The notes beneath the pieces were generated by a model. The model was given only the letters and a program-made list of their open reading frames with translations. It ran no database searches and had not been told where the DNA came from. Shown here piece after piece: positions 20,745 through 29,836 of a stretch of DNA of 64,000 nt. The position numbers were made by a program, and so were the translations under genes. Source of the stretch: a virus (taxonomy: Duplodnaviria; Caudoviricetes); IMG/VR virus record IMGVR_UViG_3300037400_008007, positions 10,616-74,615 of that record; one strand, given 5' to 3'. The number at the start of each line of letters is the position of its first letter. Position 1 is the first letter of the stretch.

Positions 20745-21026
20745 ATGAAGAAAGACGTTACACAGATGCGGTTCTTTGCCGCAGAACTCCGCAAGGAGCT
20801 TGACAACAATGCTATTGAGGGATGCTATTGTGAGGTAGAAGCCTACGAGGACGGAACAGATGACCCGAAAATCAAGGTCAAGTCCAGTGCTGCCAATCCC
20901 GATCAGACCACCCTATACTGTCTTGATGAGATTTGCGAATACTGCCAGGCAAACGAGCTGAACCACTACATTACGGTGGAGCCATTGCTTAGTGGTGTAT
21001 TCATTCCTGTCATCATAATATTCTAA
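20745..21026 (+). CDS. hypothetical acidic protein
   Basis: 93 aa from ATG 20745. Confidence 0.65.
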   Translation: MKKDVTQMRFFAAELRKELDNNAIEGCYCEVEAYEDGTDDPKIKVKSSAANPDQTTLYCLDEICEYCQANELNHYITVEPLLSGVFIPVIIIF

Positions 21027-21036
21027 CGGCCATGAA

Positions 21037-21096
21037 GTGCAGCCACACTTTTCTTATTTGCTACTCAGAGAAGTTTTGATATATCACAGGCTGCAC
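21037..21096 (+). ncRNA. hairpin displaying antisense to the conserved leader boxes (candidate 3'-UTR sRNA)
   Basis: 8-bp stem GTGCAGCC/GGCTGCAC; loop holds ACTTTTCTTATTTGCTACTC and GAAGTTTTGA, reverse complements of leader boxes A and B. Confidence 0.55.
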
Positions 21097-21105
21097 AGGT
21101 CGTTT

Positions 21106-21133
21106 GGGAGTGTCATTTGGCACTCCCTTTTTT
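21106..21133 (+). terminator. intrinsic terminator
   Basis: GGGAGTGTC/GGCACTCCC stem plus T-run. Confidence 0.85.
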
Positions 21134-21135
21134 GT

Positions 21136-21253
21136 GAAAAAAACTTTGCTTTTTCTTAAACTTTCTTGGTCAAAAATTTGCATATTTGATAAATTATGCC
21201 TACCTTTGAAGTAGCAAATAAGACAAGTAACAACCCTTCAAAACTTCAAGATT
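21136..21253 (+). promoter_or_regulatory. early promoter/leader repeat copy 5
   Basis: TTTG 21177-80, TACCTTTG 21201-08, ATG 21254. Confidence 0.9.
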
Positions 21254-21580
21254 ATGCAAAAGAGAACCGTCATCAACAGAGCTTACAAGGCAGTTGCCGA
21301 GTCAAGAACTACTTCTCACATCTTCCGCGATGAAGATTGGAGCGGAGTGTCGCAGTTAGTAACCGTCCTGGAAAGCAGTCTGCCAAGAACAGCAGTCATG
21401 ACGCTGGCCAGTGCAGAATACAAAGGTGTGATTGGTGAGTGTGGCCACCGCAAGGTTTACCTCTACAATATCATTGATGAAGAGAATTGTATCGACATCA
21501 ATGCGCAGATTACCGCCAGTTTTTGCGGAACAATGGCCGACCCGATGGGTGCCTACGACCTTACCCTTATTATGAACTAA
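21254..21580 (+). CDS. hypothetical protein
   Basis: 108 aa after repeat 5. Confidence 0.75.
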   Translation: MQKRTVINRAYKAVAESRTTSHIFRDEDWSGVSQLVTVLESSLPRTAVMTLASAEYKGVIGECGHRKVYLYNIIDEENCIDINAQITASFCGTMADPMGAYDLTLIMN

Positions 21581-21598
21581 AGTAAGGAGGGAAAGACT

Positions 21599-21832
21599 AT
21601 GAAAGCAATCGTTATAATTCATCTGGCTCGTAAGACGAGGATGGGAAGATCAATCATCACAGAGAAGATTGAGCGCAAGAAAGAGAATATTGTGAATGCA
21701 GTCAATGACTACATCTATGAGAGAACGAACCGAAAGAACTTTATCCCTGTTGTAAAGTTTGAAGTCAAGATACTCAATTACAAGAACAAGGTGGTTAATC
21801 AATGGGAGTACACACCAACTAACAGAGGATGA
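21599..21832 (+). CDS. hypothetical protein
   Basis: 77 aa. Confidence 0.65.
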   Translation: MKAIVIIHLARKTRMGRSIITEKIERKKENIVNAVNDYIYERTNRKNFIPVVKFEVKILNYKNKVVNQWEYTPTNRG

Positions 21833-21835
21833 GTT

Positions 21836-22030
21836 ATGGTTGGAAAGAGAACAACTTTGAGTAGCGATGAAATCCGGCTTGCAATGGAAGCACTGGAATG
21901 TCAGATGAACACCATCGAGATAATCAGAGAGAAGCGTATCGGTATTGAGGACGAAGAGTTAGACCGTCAGAAAACCGAGTACCAGACCCTGTATGACAAA
22001 TTCAAGAAATTAAAGAGCAAGAGAGTATGA
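21836..22030 (+). CDS. hypothetical protein
   Basis: 64 aa. Confidence 0.6.
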   Translation: MVGKRTTLSSDEIRLAMEALECQMNTIEIIREKRIGIEDEELDRQKTEYQTLYDKFKKLKSKRV

Positions 22031-22359
22031 ACGAGCGAGTACCAGCATATATTGATGACAAAGACGTTACAACCGACTGGCTGGATAACATCTTTGATAC
22101 GTTGGACTTCCTGTATAGCACCAGGCGGCAGATTGGTATTGTCGCAGGCTGTGTGGTTTCCGTAAGCTGGCATAGCAATGTGGTCGAGTGGCAAGTGTCG
22201 AAAGACATGGGTGGCGACTACAATTCAGCTTACCTCATTTTAGAGGAACGGTTGAAGAGCATGGAGAGTAAAGAGCAGAACGTATATTCCGAGATAAAGC
22301 ATGAGAATGATAATGGAAAGCTCTGCATCTGGCAGTCGTTTTACTTTCGAGACGAATAA
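22027..22359 (+). CDS. hypothetical protein
   Basis: 110 aa. Confidence 0.65.
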   Translation: MNERVPAYIDDKDVTTDWLDNIFDTLDFLYSTRRQIGIVAGCVVSVSWHSNVVEWQVSKDMGGDYNSAYLILEERLKSMESKEQNVYSEIKHENDNGKLCIWQSFYFRDE

Positions 22360-22473
22360 AAAACTTTGTGGTTTTCGTAAACTTTCTTGGTAAAAACTTG
22401 CATATATGATAATTTCTTTGTACCTTTGAAGTAGCAAATAAGATAAGTACAAACCATTCAAAACTTAGAAATT
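22358..22473 (+). promoter_or_regulatory. early promoter/leader repeat copy 6
   Basis: CTTG 22397-400, TACCTTTG 22421-28, ATG 22474. Confidence 0.85.
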
Positions 22474-22806
22474 ATGAAAGAGATTATTCTGAAGCAAGAG
22501 ACTATCGACGCAATCATCGAGGCCATTAAGGAGGATTTGAGCGTTGAGGACGAAATCACGACCGTTGACGATGCCGAGTTTGAGCAGGACGGGAACACAA
22601 TCTTTGTAGGCTACAAAGTGTTCGCAGAGTGGAAAAAAGAAATGATGTACCACAGCGAAGTTCCTTATAACAACTACGAGGACTTGTCTAAATGGGAGGT
22701 GACTGGCAGTGAGGTTGAGAACATTGCTGCTTACGACGAAGACGGAGAGGAATTGGCAATCTCCGAGGAATACATCAAAATTATCAACAAGAAATTGGCT
22801 GCGTAA
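22474..22806 (+). CDS. highly acidic hypothetical protein
   Basis: 110 aa, 29 D/E versus 10 K and no R. Confidence 0.75.
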   Translation: MKEIILKQETIDAIIEAIKEDLSVEDEITTVDDAEFEQDGNTIFVGYKVFAEWKKEMMYHSEVPYNNYEDLSKWEVTGSEVENIAAYDEDGEELAISEEYIKIINKKLAA

Positions 22807-22860
22807 AGAAGCAGGGGAGTTTGCTCCCCACTTCTTACCTGCTTAAAAAAGATACCGACT

Positions 22861-23256
22861 ATGGAATTAAAAGAACTGACAGAAAAAGTACGAGAGGCTA
22901 TAAAAGAAGCCATCGAGGAATGTATCAGAGAGGGTCATAAAGCAGCTGTTGGCACAGTAAACCTCAATGACGGCTACATCGACATGATGGTAGAGAAAAG
23001 TCCAAATTGGGAAGCCATACTATACCACAACGACGATGATACCAGAACAAGCCCCAACATCGAGGCTTATGTCGAAAATATCATCAAGGAATATACGACC
23101 GAAAAGGCTTGGCTGGAAATCGAAATAGAAATGATGGAAGAAGCAGCTCCTACTCCAGAGGAAGAGTATTTCATGGATAGGAAGAGGTTGCAGTCCTTTA
23201 ACAAAAAGCTACGAGAGTTGAAAGCCATGTATAAAAAATGTCATAGTAATCATTAA
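22861..23256 (+). CDS. hypothetical protein
   Basis: 131 aa. Confidence 0.7.
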   Translation: MELKELTEKVREAIKEAIEECIREGHKAAVGTVNLNDGYIDMMVEKSPNWEAILYHNDDDTRTSPNIEAYVENIIKEYTTEKAWLEIEIEMMEEAAPTPEEEYFMDRKRLQSFNKKLRELKAMYKKCHSNH

Positions 23257-23267
23257 ACACAGAGATT

Positions 23268-23564
23268 ATGGAGATAGCAAAACTTTGTCCGAAAGACCTC
23301 GCAGACATTATGCGAGAGGCGCACAAGTTGGAACTTGACGCAATCGAAGCTGGAATAACTGTCAGCGTTAGTTTGAACCATCTGGATTGCCCTTATTTCA
23401 CGGTGTACGTCCACGACCCGAAGCCTCGGAAGGGAAGAAAGGAAATAGATAGTTTCCAGTTCAACCCACCGAGAGATTACTGCGACCATGTGAAAGAAAA
23501 CGCAAAAGCATATAATGCTATGCTCAAGTATTACGAACGGATGAAAGCCAAGGTGAAGAAATGA
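23268..23564 (+). CDS. hypothetical protein
   Basis: 98 aa. Confidence 0.65.
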   Translation: MEIAKLCPKDLADIMREAHKLELDAIEAGITVSVSLNHLDCPYFTVYVHDPKPRKGRKEIDSFQFNPPRDYCDHVKENAKAYNAMLKYYERMKAKVKK

Positions 23565-23899
23565 AGCTGTATATTGCGACACCGATTAACTCAAGAGCAG
23601 AGAAGACGATTGACGAAAAATTAAGGGCAGCACGTCATCGTATCAATCTGCTGTCGGAAATCATCAGAGGCGACGAGCGTTTCAGTGAGTACACCCAGCT
23701 TGTGAGTACGTTTAGCGTAAATCCATCGCAAGCATCAAAGCAACGAGAGGCTACAGTGATGGGTAAGTGTATTGAGCAGGTCATGGAGTGCGACGCGATC
23801 TATCTTGACCATGCCTGGCAATCATCGAAAGGCTGCAACCTTGAATATCGAGCAGCCAAGATATACGGAAAGACCATTTACGAACATGACAAAATGTAA
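23561..23899 (+). CDS. DUF4406 (nucleoside deoxyribosyltransferase-like) protein
   Basis: LYIATP ... CDAIYLDHAWQSSKGCNLEYRAA. Confidence 0.8.
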   Translation: MKLYIATPINSRAEKTIDEKLRAARHRINLLSEIIRGDERFSEYTQLVSTFSVNPSQASKQREATVMGKCIEQVMECDAIYLDHAWQSSKGCNLEYRAAKIYGKTIYEHDKM

Positions 23900-23904
23900 C
23901 TGTT

Positions 23905-24231
23905 ATGACAGAAGAATTATCCAAGAAGATTTTGCTTAAAGGTGCAAGTCTTGAAACAACAGAAAAGCAGTCCGGCTTCATGGTGGGAATAGGCTTCATC
24001 AGAGAAAGCGTATGGCATTACGATACCGAGCTGCCTAATGAGGACAAATGTGTGCTGACATACAATCCAGAGACAGACAACTGTGAGGTTGTATATGCAG
24101 CATTGGTCGGCAAGGGGTGTCGGTGGGCCTATTTGGAGGACTTGTTTACCGAGGATATGGCCAAGGCTATGCTCCGGCATGAGAAAGAAGTAGATGAGCG
24201 TTGGAGAGACGCTATAGATACAGCCCAGTAA
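23905..24231 (+). CDS. hypothetical protein
   Basis: 108 aa; SVWH...ELP and WAYLEDL motifs. Confidence 0.65.
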   Translation: MTEELSKKILLKGASLETTEKQSGFMVGIGFIRESVWHYDTELPNEDKCVLTYNPETDNCEVVYAALVGKGCRWAYLEDLFTEDMAKAMLRHEKEVDERWRDAIDTAQ

Positions 24232-24263
24232 ATTGCTGGGTACTGTGACTAAGTTTTGAAGGA

Positions 24264-24300
24264 GTGGCCATTGTCTGTGAAGATAGTGGCCACATTTCTT
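24264..24300 (+). terminator. 13-bp hairpin with GTGA tetraloop, preceded by an anti-box-B stretch
   Basis: GTGGCCATTGTCT-GTGA-AGATAGTGGCCAC; CTAAGTTTTGAA at 24249-60. Confidence 0.7.
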
Positions 24301-24418
24301 GAAAAAAACTTTGCTTTTCCCTAAACTTTTTCGGTCAAAAGTTTGCATATTTGATAAAATCTTTGTACCTTTGTTATAGCAAATAAGATAAACAACAAAC
24401 ATTCAAAACTTTAAGATT
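24301..24418 (+). promoter_or_regulatory. early promoter/leader repeat copy 7
   Basis: TTTG 24342-45, TACCTTTG 24366-73, ATG 24419. Confidence 0.88.
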
Positions 24419-25129
24419 ATGGCAAACGTAAGAAGAACAGCACGCGAAATTCGCTTGGAAGCAATCGTTGAACTCCAGAACGAGTTGAACCAGTTGAGAA
24501 ACGAGAACCCTGTCGATGAGCAGTGGGTACATAAGTATAACAATTACAAGTTATACGAGTTGGGCGAAGTCAAGGAGCGACTGACAAAAACCATCGAGGC
24601 CGAGAAGTTCCAGAAGAAAGTTGATGAGTTCTTTGCTGGAGAGGGTGCAAGCATCAAGGCAGAGATTGAGAGTCGCAAACAGCTTATCCGTGAGACCTAC
24701 AAGGCCATCCAAGAAGAAATAGAGAGCATTGCGGAGAAAGCTTTTGAAGGTACTGTGTGGACTGTGCAACGTAGTGGTGTCAATGCCTTTACTGCCTACA
24801 TCGAGCTTGGTATGGTCGGAGAGAACGGTTTGTATATCCACCATAATGATTTTGAACTCAAGTATGAACGTAAGTGGTTGGGAAATAACGAAGCAGAGTT
24901 TACAACAAACATCGGCACATGTGGCTCACAAGATGTCCTTGATGACAGTTTCGGCTCTCGCACATTCTATTACATTCAAGTTGGTATGCTCCTGCAGGAC
25001 AAAGCAAAGCTGGAGAAGCTTCGTGATGACATGGCCGCTCTCTGCAACCGCATGGGAGAGCTTGATGACATGAAGAGAAGAATAGAAAATGTAGAGGCAG
25101 ACCCTTTCACAAACAAGCTGGAGGACTAA
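24419..25129 (+). CDS. hypothetical protein
   Basis: 236 aa, coiled-coil N-terminal half. Confidence 0.8.
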   Translation: MANVRRTAREIRLEAIVELQNELNQLRNENPVDEQWVHKYNNYKLYELGEVKERLTKTIEAEKFQKKVDEFFAGEGASIKAEIESRKQLIRETYKAIQEEIESIAEKAFEGTVWTVQRSGVNAFTAYIELGMVGENGLYIHHNDFELKYERKWLGNNEAEFTTNIGTCGSQDVLDDSFGSRTFYYIQVGMLLQDKAKLEKLRDDMAALCNRMGELDDMKRRIENVEADPFTNKLED

Positions 25130-25131
25130 TT

Positions 25132-25257
25132 ATGGAGAACGTAACAATCGAGAACGTGCGTGATGCATTAGCCAAACGAGGCATACAGTTAAAACCTATT
25201 AACCGCGACCGTCAGGCGATCAAAGATGAGCCAAAGTGGGAACTTATAAAGAATTAA
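25132..25257 (+). CDS. small hypothetical protein (41 aa, not in ORF track)
   Basis: Fills the gap between neighbours; ATG start. Confidence 0.4.
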   Translation: MENVTIENVRDALAKRGIQLKPINRDRQAIKDEPKWELIKN

Positions 25258-25260
25258 GAT

Positions 25261-25821
25261 ATGGCAAACACTTGTTTTACGGACTACACCATTGTTGGTG
25301 AAAAGGAGAAAGTAGAAAAACTGCATCAAGATATGATGCGAGTATTCGAGACAAAGCGAAAGGACAAAGACGACACAAACTATGAGAGCTATAGTAACTG
25401 GTTAGGTTGGCTGGTTAAAGACCTGCTGGGAAAGTCTTACAAGGATATGCACTGCCGAGGCACATTCTATATGGAGAACGAGCTGACTAATGGCGAACTG
25501 CGTTTTACGACTTCATCAGCATGGGTTCCATGTAGCGAGCTTTTTAAGTCTTTGGCAGAGAAGTACGGAGTCGCTATGTACTACTATGCGGAAGAACTGG
25601 GGTGCAGTCTGTTGGAAACCAACGACAGCGAACAGAAGTATTACAAGAACCGCTTTGTGGTGTCATGTAGTGATTGCGATGACCAATACTTTGAGAGTGA
25701 GACAGCCTTGGTCAATGCCTTAAACGCATGGACTGGTAAGCGACACTCTACGCTTGAAGATTTACGGAATGACGAAGACATAGACAAGGCTTATAACATC
25801 TACGAGATTGAGGTAATATAA
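25261..25821 (+). CDS. YubB/DUF1281 ferredoxin-like domain protein
   Basis: MANTCFTDYTIVG ... FTTSSAWVP ... YYYAEELG. Confidence 0.55.
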   Translation: MANTCFTDYTIVGEKEKVEKLHQDMMRVFETKRKDKDDTNYESYSNWLGWLVKDLLGKSYKDMHCRGTFYMENELTNGELRFTTSSAWVPCSELFKSLAEKYGVAMYYYAEELGCSLLETNDSEQKYYKNRFVVSCSDCDDQYFESETALVNALNAWTGKRHSTLEDLRNDEDIDKAYNIYEIEVI

Positions 25822-25865
25822 ATTTCTTTTCTGCCAAATAAAGAACATCAGAACCTCAGTCTTTG

Positions 25866-25899
25866 GGCCGCTCACAATGCAGTGTGGGCGGTCTTTTTT
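25866..25899 (+). terminator. intrinsic terminator closing the early block
   Basis: GCCGCTCACA/TGTGGGCGGT plus T6. Confidence 0.85.
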
Positions 25900-25909
25900 G
25901 TGTGAATAA

Positions 25910-25979
25910 TTTGCACTTTGGAGTTCACTGCTTTATGGAGAGCTATTATTTTGGTGGTACTTATAAATATGTAAATTTG
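25910..25979 (+). promoter_or_regulatory. putative late promoter (head operon)
   Basis: TTTGCACTTTGGAGTTCACT 62 nt before TAAATTTG; same layout at 48593. Confidence 0.6.
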
Positions 25980-26007
25980 TGGCAGAAATCTATAAGTAAC
26001 AGAAGAA

Positions 26008-27321
26008 ATGGCAAAACTACGAATTTACAACGAGATTGTAGACGAGGAAACCAAGGTCATGTACCAAGACTGGTGCGGAACGGACGGTGTCTGCTATAAG
26101 GACATCGCTTCTTTCATTGACTCCATCGAGGAAGGTGACAATGTGATTGATATTCGTCTGCATTGCCCTGGCGGTGATTGTATTGAGGGCTGGGCTATCT
26201 ATGATGCTCTTCGCAATTCCGGCAAGGAGATTTCGGCTACCATTGAGGGCGAGTGTTCGTCTATGGCGACTATCGTCTTGCTTGCAGCCCCGAAGGAGCG
26301 TCGCTTCGGATTCGCAAATTCACGGCTCTGTATTCACAACCCTGCGGTTGCATGGCTTGACCTCTGGAGTGAAGAGCGTCTGACAGCAGACGAACTCGAC
26401 CGTTTGAAGGGCAAGCTTGATGTGCAGAAGCAGTCTATCATTGAGGAACAGAATAAAATCCTCAACCTCTATGTGGAGCGCACAGGTGCAGACCGTGGCG
26501 CACTGCAAGCTCTGATGAATGAGGACAAGTATGTCGAAATGGATAAGGCTATTGAGCTTGGCTTCATTTCCTCAACAGTTGCCCCCAATACGGCATCGAA
26601 AGCTAAACATCAAAAAACCAATAAAAAAATGAAGAAAACAGAAGTTAAAGAAAATGTGCTGAAGAAGCTGCTGGCACTGGCAGGCTTCGGCAAGATTGAG
26701 GACGTGGAAGCCGCAATACTCAATCAGAAAATTACCGCAGCAGACGGTACGGAGTTTACAGTTGAGCGCGAGGATGGCGACCCGCAGGTGGGTGACAAAG
26801 CCTATCCAAACGGCACCTACACGCTGGACGATGGAACAGTGGTTGTCGTGGCCAATGAGGTCATCGAGAGCATCACCCCTGTTGGTGGCAAAGACGATGA
26901 CGACGAGGCTCTCAAGGACTTGCAGCAGAAGGTCGATGACTTGACCGCACAGGTTGAGACGTTGACAAATGAGAAGCAGGCACTCGCAGACGAGAAGGCT
27001 ACTCTTGAGTCTGACAAGGCTGCACTGGAGCAACAGGTCACAGACCTCACCAACGAGAAGGCCACTCTCGAAGCTGACAAGCAGACGCTCACCGAGGCTC
27101 AGAAAACCGAGGAAGAGACTGCTATCCTTGACATCGTTACCAAGGCAGGCGGCAAGGCTTGGCTGGATAAGGTCTGCAACATGCAGTCCACGTTCCACCC
27201 TGGCAATCGTGCTTTCGTTGAGAAGAACGGTGGCAACAAGCATGAGGGTGAGACCAAGACCCAGAAGATGCTCCGTGAGCAGCGTGAGGCACAGGAAGCC
27301 AAGCGTAACGCTCGCAAGTAA
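26008..27321 (+). CDS. ClpP-type prohead protease fused to scaffold-like coiled coil
   Basis: CPGGDCIEGWAIYDALR, CSSMAT, IHNP; heptad repeats LTNEKATLEADK. Confidence 0.88.
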   Translation: MAKLRIYNEIVDEETKVMYQDWCGTDGVCYKDIASFIDSIEEGDNVIDIRLHCPGGDCIEGWAIYDALRNSGKEISATIEGECSSMATIVLLAAPKERRFGFANSRLCIHNPAVAWLDLWSEERLTADELDRLKGKLDVQKQSIIEEQNKILNLYVERTGADRGALQALMNEDKYVEMDKAIELGFISSTVAPNTASKAKHQKTNKKMKKTEVKENVLKKLLALAGFGKIEDVEAAILNQKITAADGTEFTVEREDGDPQVGDKAYPNGTYTLDDGTVVVVANEVIESITPVGGKDDDDEALKDLQQKVDDLTAQVETLTNEKQALADEKATLESDKAALEQQVTDLTNEKATLEADKQTLTEAQKTEEETAILDIVTKAGGKAWLDKVCNMQSTFHPGNRAFVEKNGGNKHEGETKTQKMLREQREAQEAKRNARK

Positions 27322-27367
27322 GAGCCAATAAGAAACAGAAGTAAAACATCAAAAACCAAATTAAATT

Positions 27368-28450
27368 ATGAATTTCGAACAGTTTACAGTAGACAATGGT
27401 GCGATAAGAGACCTTAACGAGCTCTTGTTCACCTCCGTGTTCAACGACCCCGATCTGGAGCGTGTTATCACTCCGATGACCAATGTTGAGAACGGCAAGA
27501 AGCTGGGCTACGTTGACCGCATGGGCGACGTCGGCACAGCTGGTAGCGGCTGCAACCCCACCTATACCGATGTGGAAATCACAGGCTTCGAGAAGACTTG
27601 GGATTTGGGCGATTGGGAAATCCCCAAGAGTATCTGCTACAAAGACCTCGAAGACACCATCGCCCGTTACGGCATGAACGCTGGTACCGAGCGAGCAGAC
27701 CTGCAGGACACTCCCTATTGGGATAAGTTCCTCATTCCTCTGCTCAAGTCGGCCATCAACGACATGTTCTGGCGACTGGTCTGGTTCGGTGACAAGCAGG
27801 CCCAGCATGTTTCCGATGGCGGTGTTATCACCGAGAGCGTAGACCTCAAACTTCTCAAAGTGTGCGACGGCCTGTGGAAGCGCCTGGAGGCTATTGTGGC
27901 AAGCAATCCCAATCAGAAGATTACGATTGCCGCCAACTCGGAGGACACCTATGCTGGTCAGAAGTCAGCTCTCCGCACGTCGGGAGTGGCTGTTGGCATC
28001 GTAGATGACCTGCTGACCGAGGCAGATGGTCGTATCTTCGACAAGCCAGACCACGCAATCTTCATGACCAACTCTCTCTTCAAGGCTTTGCGTACCGACG
28101 TGAAGAACCTCCACAACATTCAGATGCCTGTGGAAACCGTCATGTCTGGCATCCAGCTTTCGGAGTACGACGGTCACAAGGTGGTTGTGCTTGATGTATG
28201 GGACCGTATGATTAAGAAGTACGAGACCATCGTCACTGGTACTGGCAATGCCGCCAAGACAACCTTGAACTGCCCGCACCGCGCTCTGCTGGCTTCGCCT
28301 CAGAACCTCTTCGCAGGAACATCTGACAAGGACCGCATGGCCTCTCTCACCGTGAAGTTTGACGACCGTAAGCGCGACAACTTCATCTATGCAGGCTCGA
28401 ACCTCGGAACTCTCGTAGGTGAGGATGAGCTTATCCAGATTGCTATCTAA
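27368..28450 (+). CDS. major capsid protein
   Basis: 360 aa directly after the protease; size and composition typical. Confidence 0.75.
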   Translation: MNFEQFTVDNGAIRDLNELLFTSVFNDPDLERVITPMTNVENGKKLGYVDRMGDVGTAGSGCNPTYTDVEITGFEKTWDLGDWEIPKSICYKDLEDTIARYGMNAGTERADLQDTPYWDKFLIPLLKSAINDMFWRLVWFGDKQAQHVSDGGVITESVDLKLLKVCDGLWKRLEAIVASNPNQKITIAANSEDTYAGQKSALRTSGVAVGIVDDLLTEADGRIFDKPDHAIFMTNSLFKALRTDVKNLHNIQMPVETVMSGIQLSEYDGHKVVVLDVWDRMIKKYETIVTGTGNAAKTTLNCPHRALLASPQNLFAGTSDKDRMASLTVKFDDRKRDNFIYAGSNLGTLVGEDELIQIAI

Positions 28451-28471
28451 ACCCTAAAACCCCGATAGATT

Positions 28472-29083
28472 ATGTCAGAAACATGTGATTTCAAACTGGC
28501 TAAGGACATTGCAGGGTCTTGTGACAACCCGCAAGTCGCCGGAGTCAAGAATACTGGCTACCTCATCAACTTTGATGACATCGATTGGGACACATTGGCA
28601 AAGGATGGAAGCAACGACCACATCGTCAGCACACTGTTGCTGGCGAGTGGTAAGCGTGCTTACAAAGTGGTGGTGCCTGGCAGCACTCCTTTCACTGGTA
28701 CGCAGACCGTCCTCGCCACTGGAACCTATCGTAATAAGTTCACAAAGACGGCATCCATTGTTGTTCTTGACAGCGGCCCCGATGTAGCGAAGAACGTCAT
28801 TGACCAGCTGGCCAACGGACGCTTTGTGTTCATCTTCGAGAACAAGTACGCAGGCGAAGGTAAGCAGAACACCTTTGAGATTTACGGTCTCGAACAGGGT
28901 TTGACCGCAACGGAAATGACCAATGACAAGTACTCAGAGGAAACCGATGGCGGTTGGGCTGTAACATTGGAAGAGACTGGTGCTCCCACCAGTGGCCTGT
29001 TCTTCTTCAAGGACAGCATCGCAACTACACGTGCAGCTCTTGCTTCTCTTGTAACTGGAACAAACCCACAGGCTAACGAGTAG
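28472..29083 (+). CDS. major tail (tube) protein
   Basis: 203 aa; CDNPQVAGVK..GYLINFDDID and FEIYGLEQGL typical of Bacteroidales siphovirus tubes. Confidence 0.6.
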   Translation: MSETCDFKLAKDIAGSCDNPQVAGVKNTGYLINFDDIDWDTLAKDGSNDHIVSTLLLASGKRAYKVVVPGSTPFTGTQTVLATGTYRNKFTKTASIVVLDSGPDVAKNVIDQLANGRFVFIFENKYAGEGKQNTFEIYGLEQGLTATEMTNDKYSEETDGGWAVTLEETGAPTSGLFFFKDSIATTRAALASLVTGTNPQANE

Positions 29084-29094
29084 GCAGTGTGATT

Positions 29095-29811
29095 ATGGCC
29101 AATTACGAGGAAACTCTAATGACGCTTGAGGAAATGAGAAGTCGGTATCATACTGGCTTCTCATCTTCCGACAAGGGAATCATAGAACGGCTCTACTTGC
29201 AGGTATGTGGCAAGAGAGTCCGTAACACAGGGTGTAAGGATTGCTGGCGCGATGCTTACATTGAGACGTACACCAAATTAAAAAAGACAGGAACAATGAA
29301 GAAACCAAATTACACCTTGAAGGCAGGTGCGATTGTTCACCCCCAAGGTACGAGCAACTTTTATGCTCTCAACAACATCCCCGATGAGGTGGCAGAGAAC
29401 TGGCTCGGTCAATTCCCAAACGAGATTTTCAAGTTCGAGACTTATCCCGCTGATTGGGAGTCACGAGTCAAGGCGCGTAAGGAAGGCACCGTGGTAGAGC
29501 CGACCATCGACGAATTGAAGGCAAAGGTGGAGGCACTGGAAGCCGCCAATGAAGCTAAGGACGTAGAGATTGAGGCTTTGAAGGCCAATGGCAGCACCGA
29601 TGACGGAGCAGCAGCTATGGAGATTGAAACCCTCAAAGCCGACCTTGCTACTGCCAATGAGAATGTCGAAAAGGCAAAGGCAGAAGGTCAGGCAGAAGTA
29701 GAGGCTCTGAATAAGACCATCGACGAATTGAAGGCAAAGGTGGAGGCACTGGAAGCCGAGCTGGACGCTGCCAAGAAAAAGACCACAAAAAAGGCTGCAG
29801 CAGCCGAGTAA
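29095..29811 (+). CDS. hypothetical structural-module protein with CxxC and coiled-coil tail
   Basis: GCKDCWRDA; duplicated TIDELKAKVEALEA. Confidence 0.65.
   Translation: MANYEETLMTLEEMRSRYHTGFSSSDKGIIERLYLQVCGKRVRNTGCKDCWRDAYIETYTKLKKTGTMKKPNYTLKAGAIVHPQGTSNFYALNNIPDEVAENWLGQFPNEIFKFETYPADWESRVKARKEGTVVEPTIDELKAKVEALEAANEAKDVEIEALKANGSTDDGAAAMEIETLKADLATANENVEKAKAEGQAEVEALNKTIDELKAKVEALEAELDAAKKKTTKKAAAAE
29502..29758 (+). repeat. perfect 44-bp direct repeat within CDS
   Basis: 29502-29545 identical to 29715-29758. Confidence 0.9.
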
Positions 29812-29836
29812 CAAATATATTTAGCCCATTGCCATA

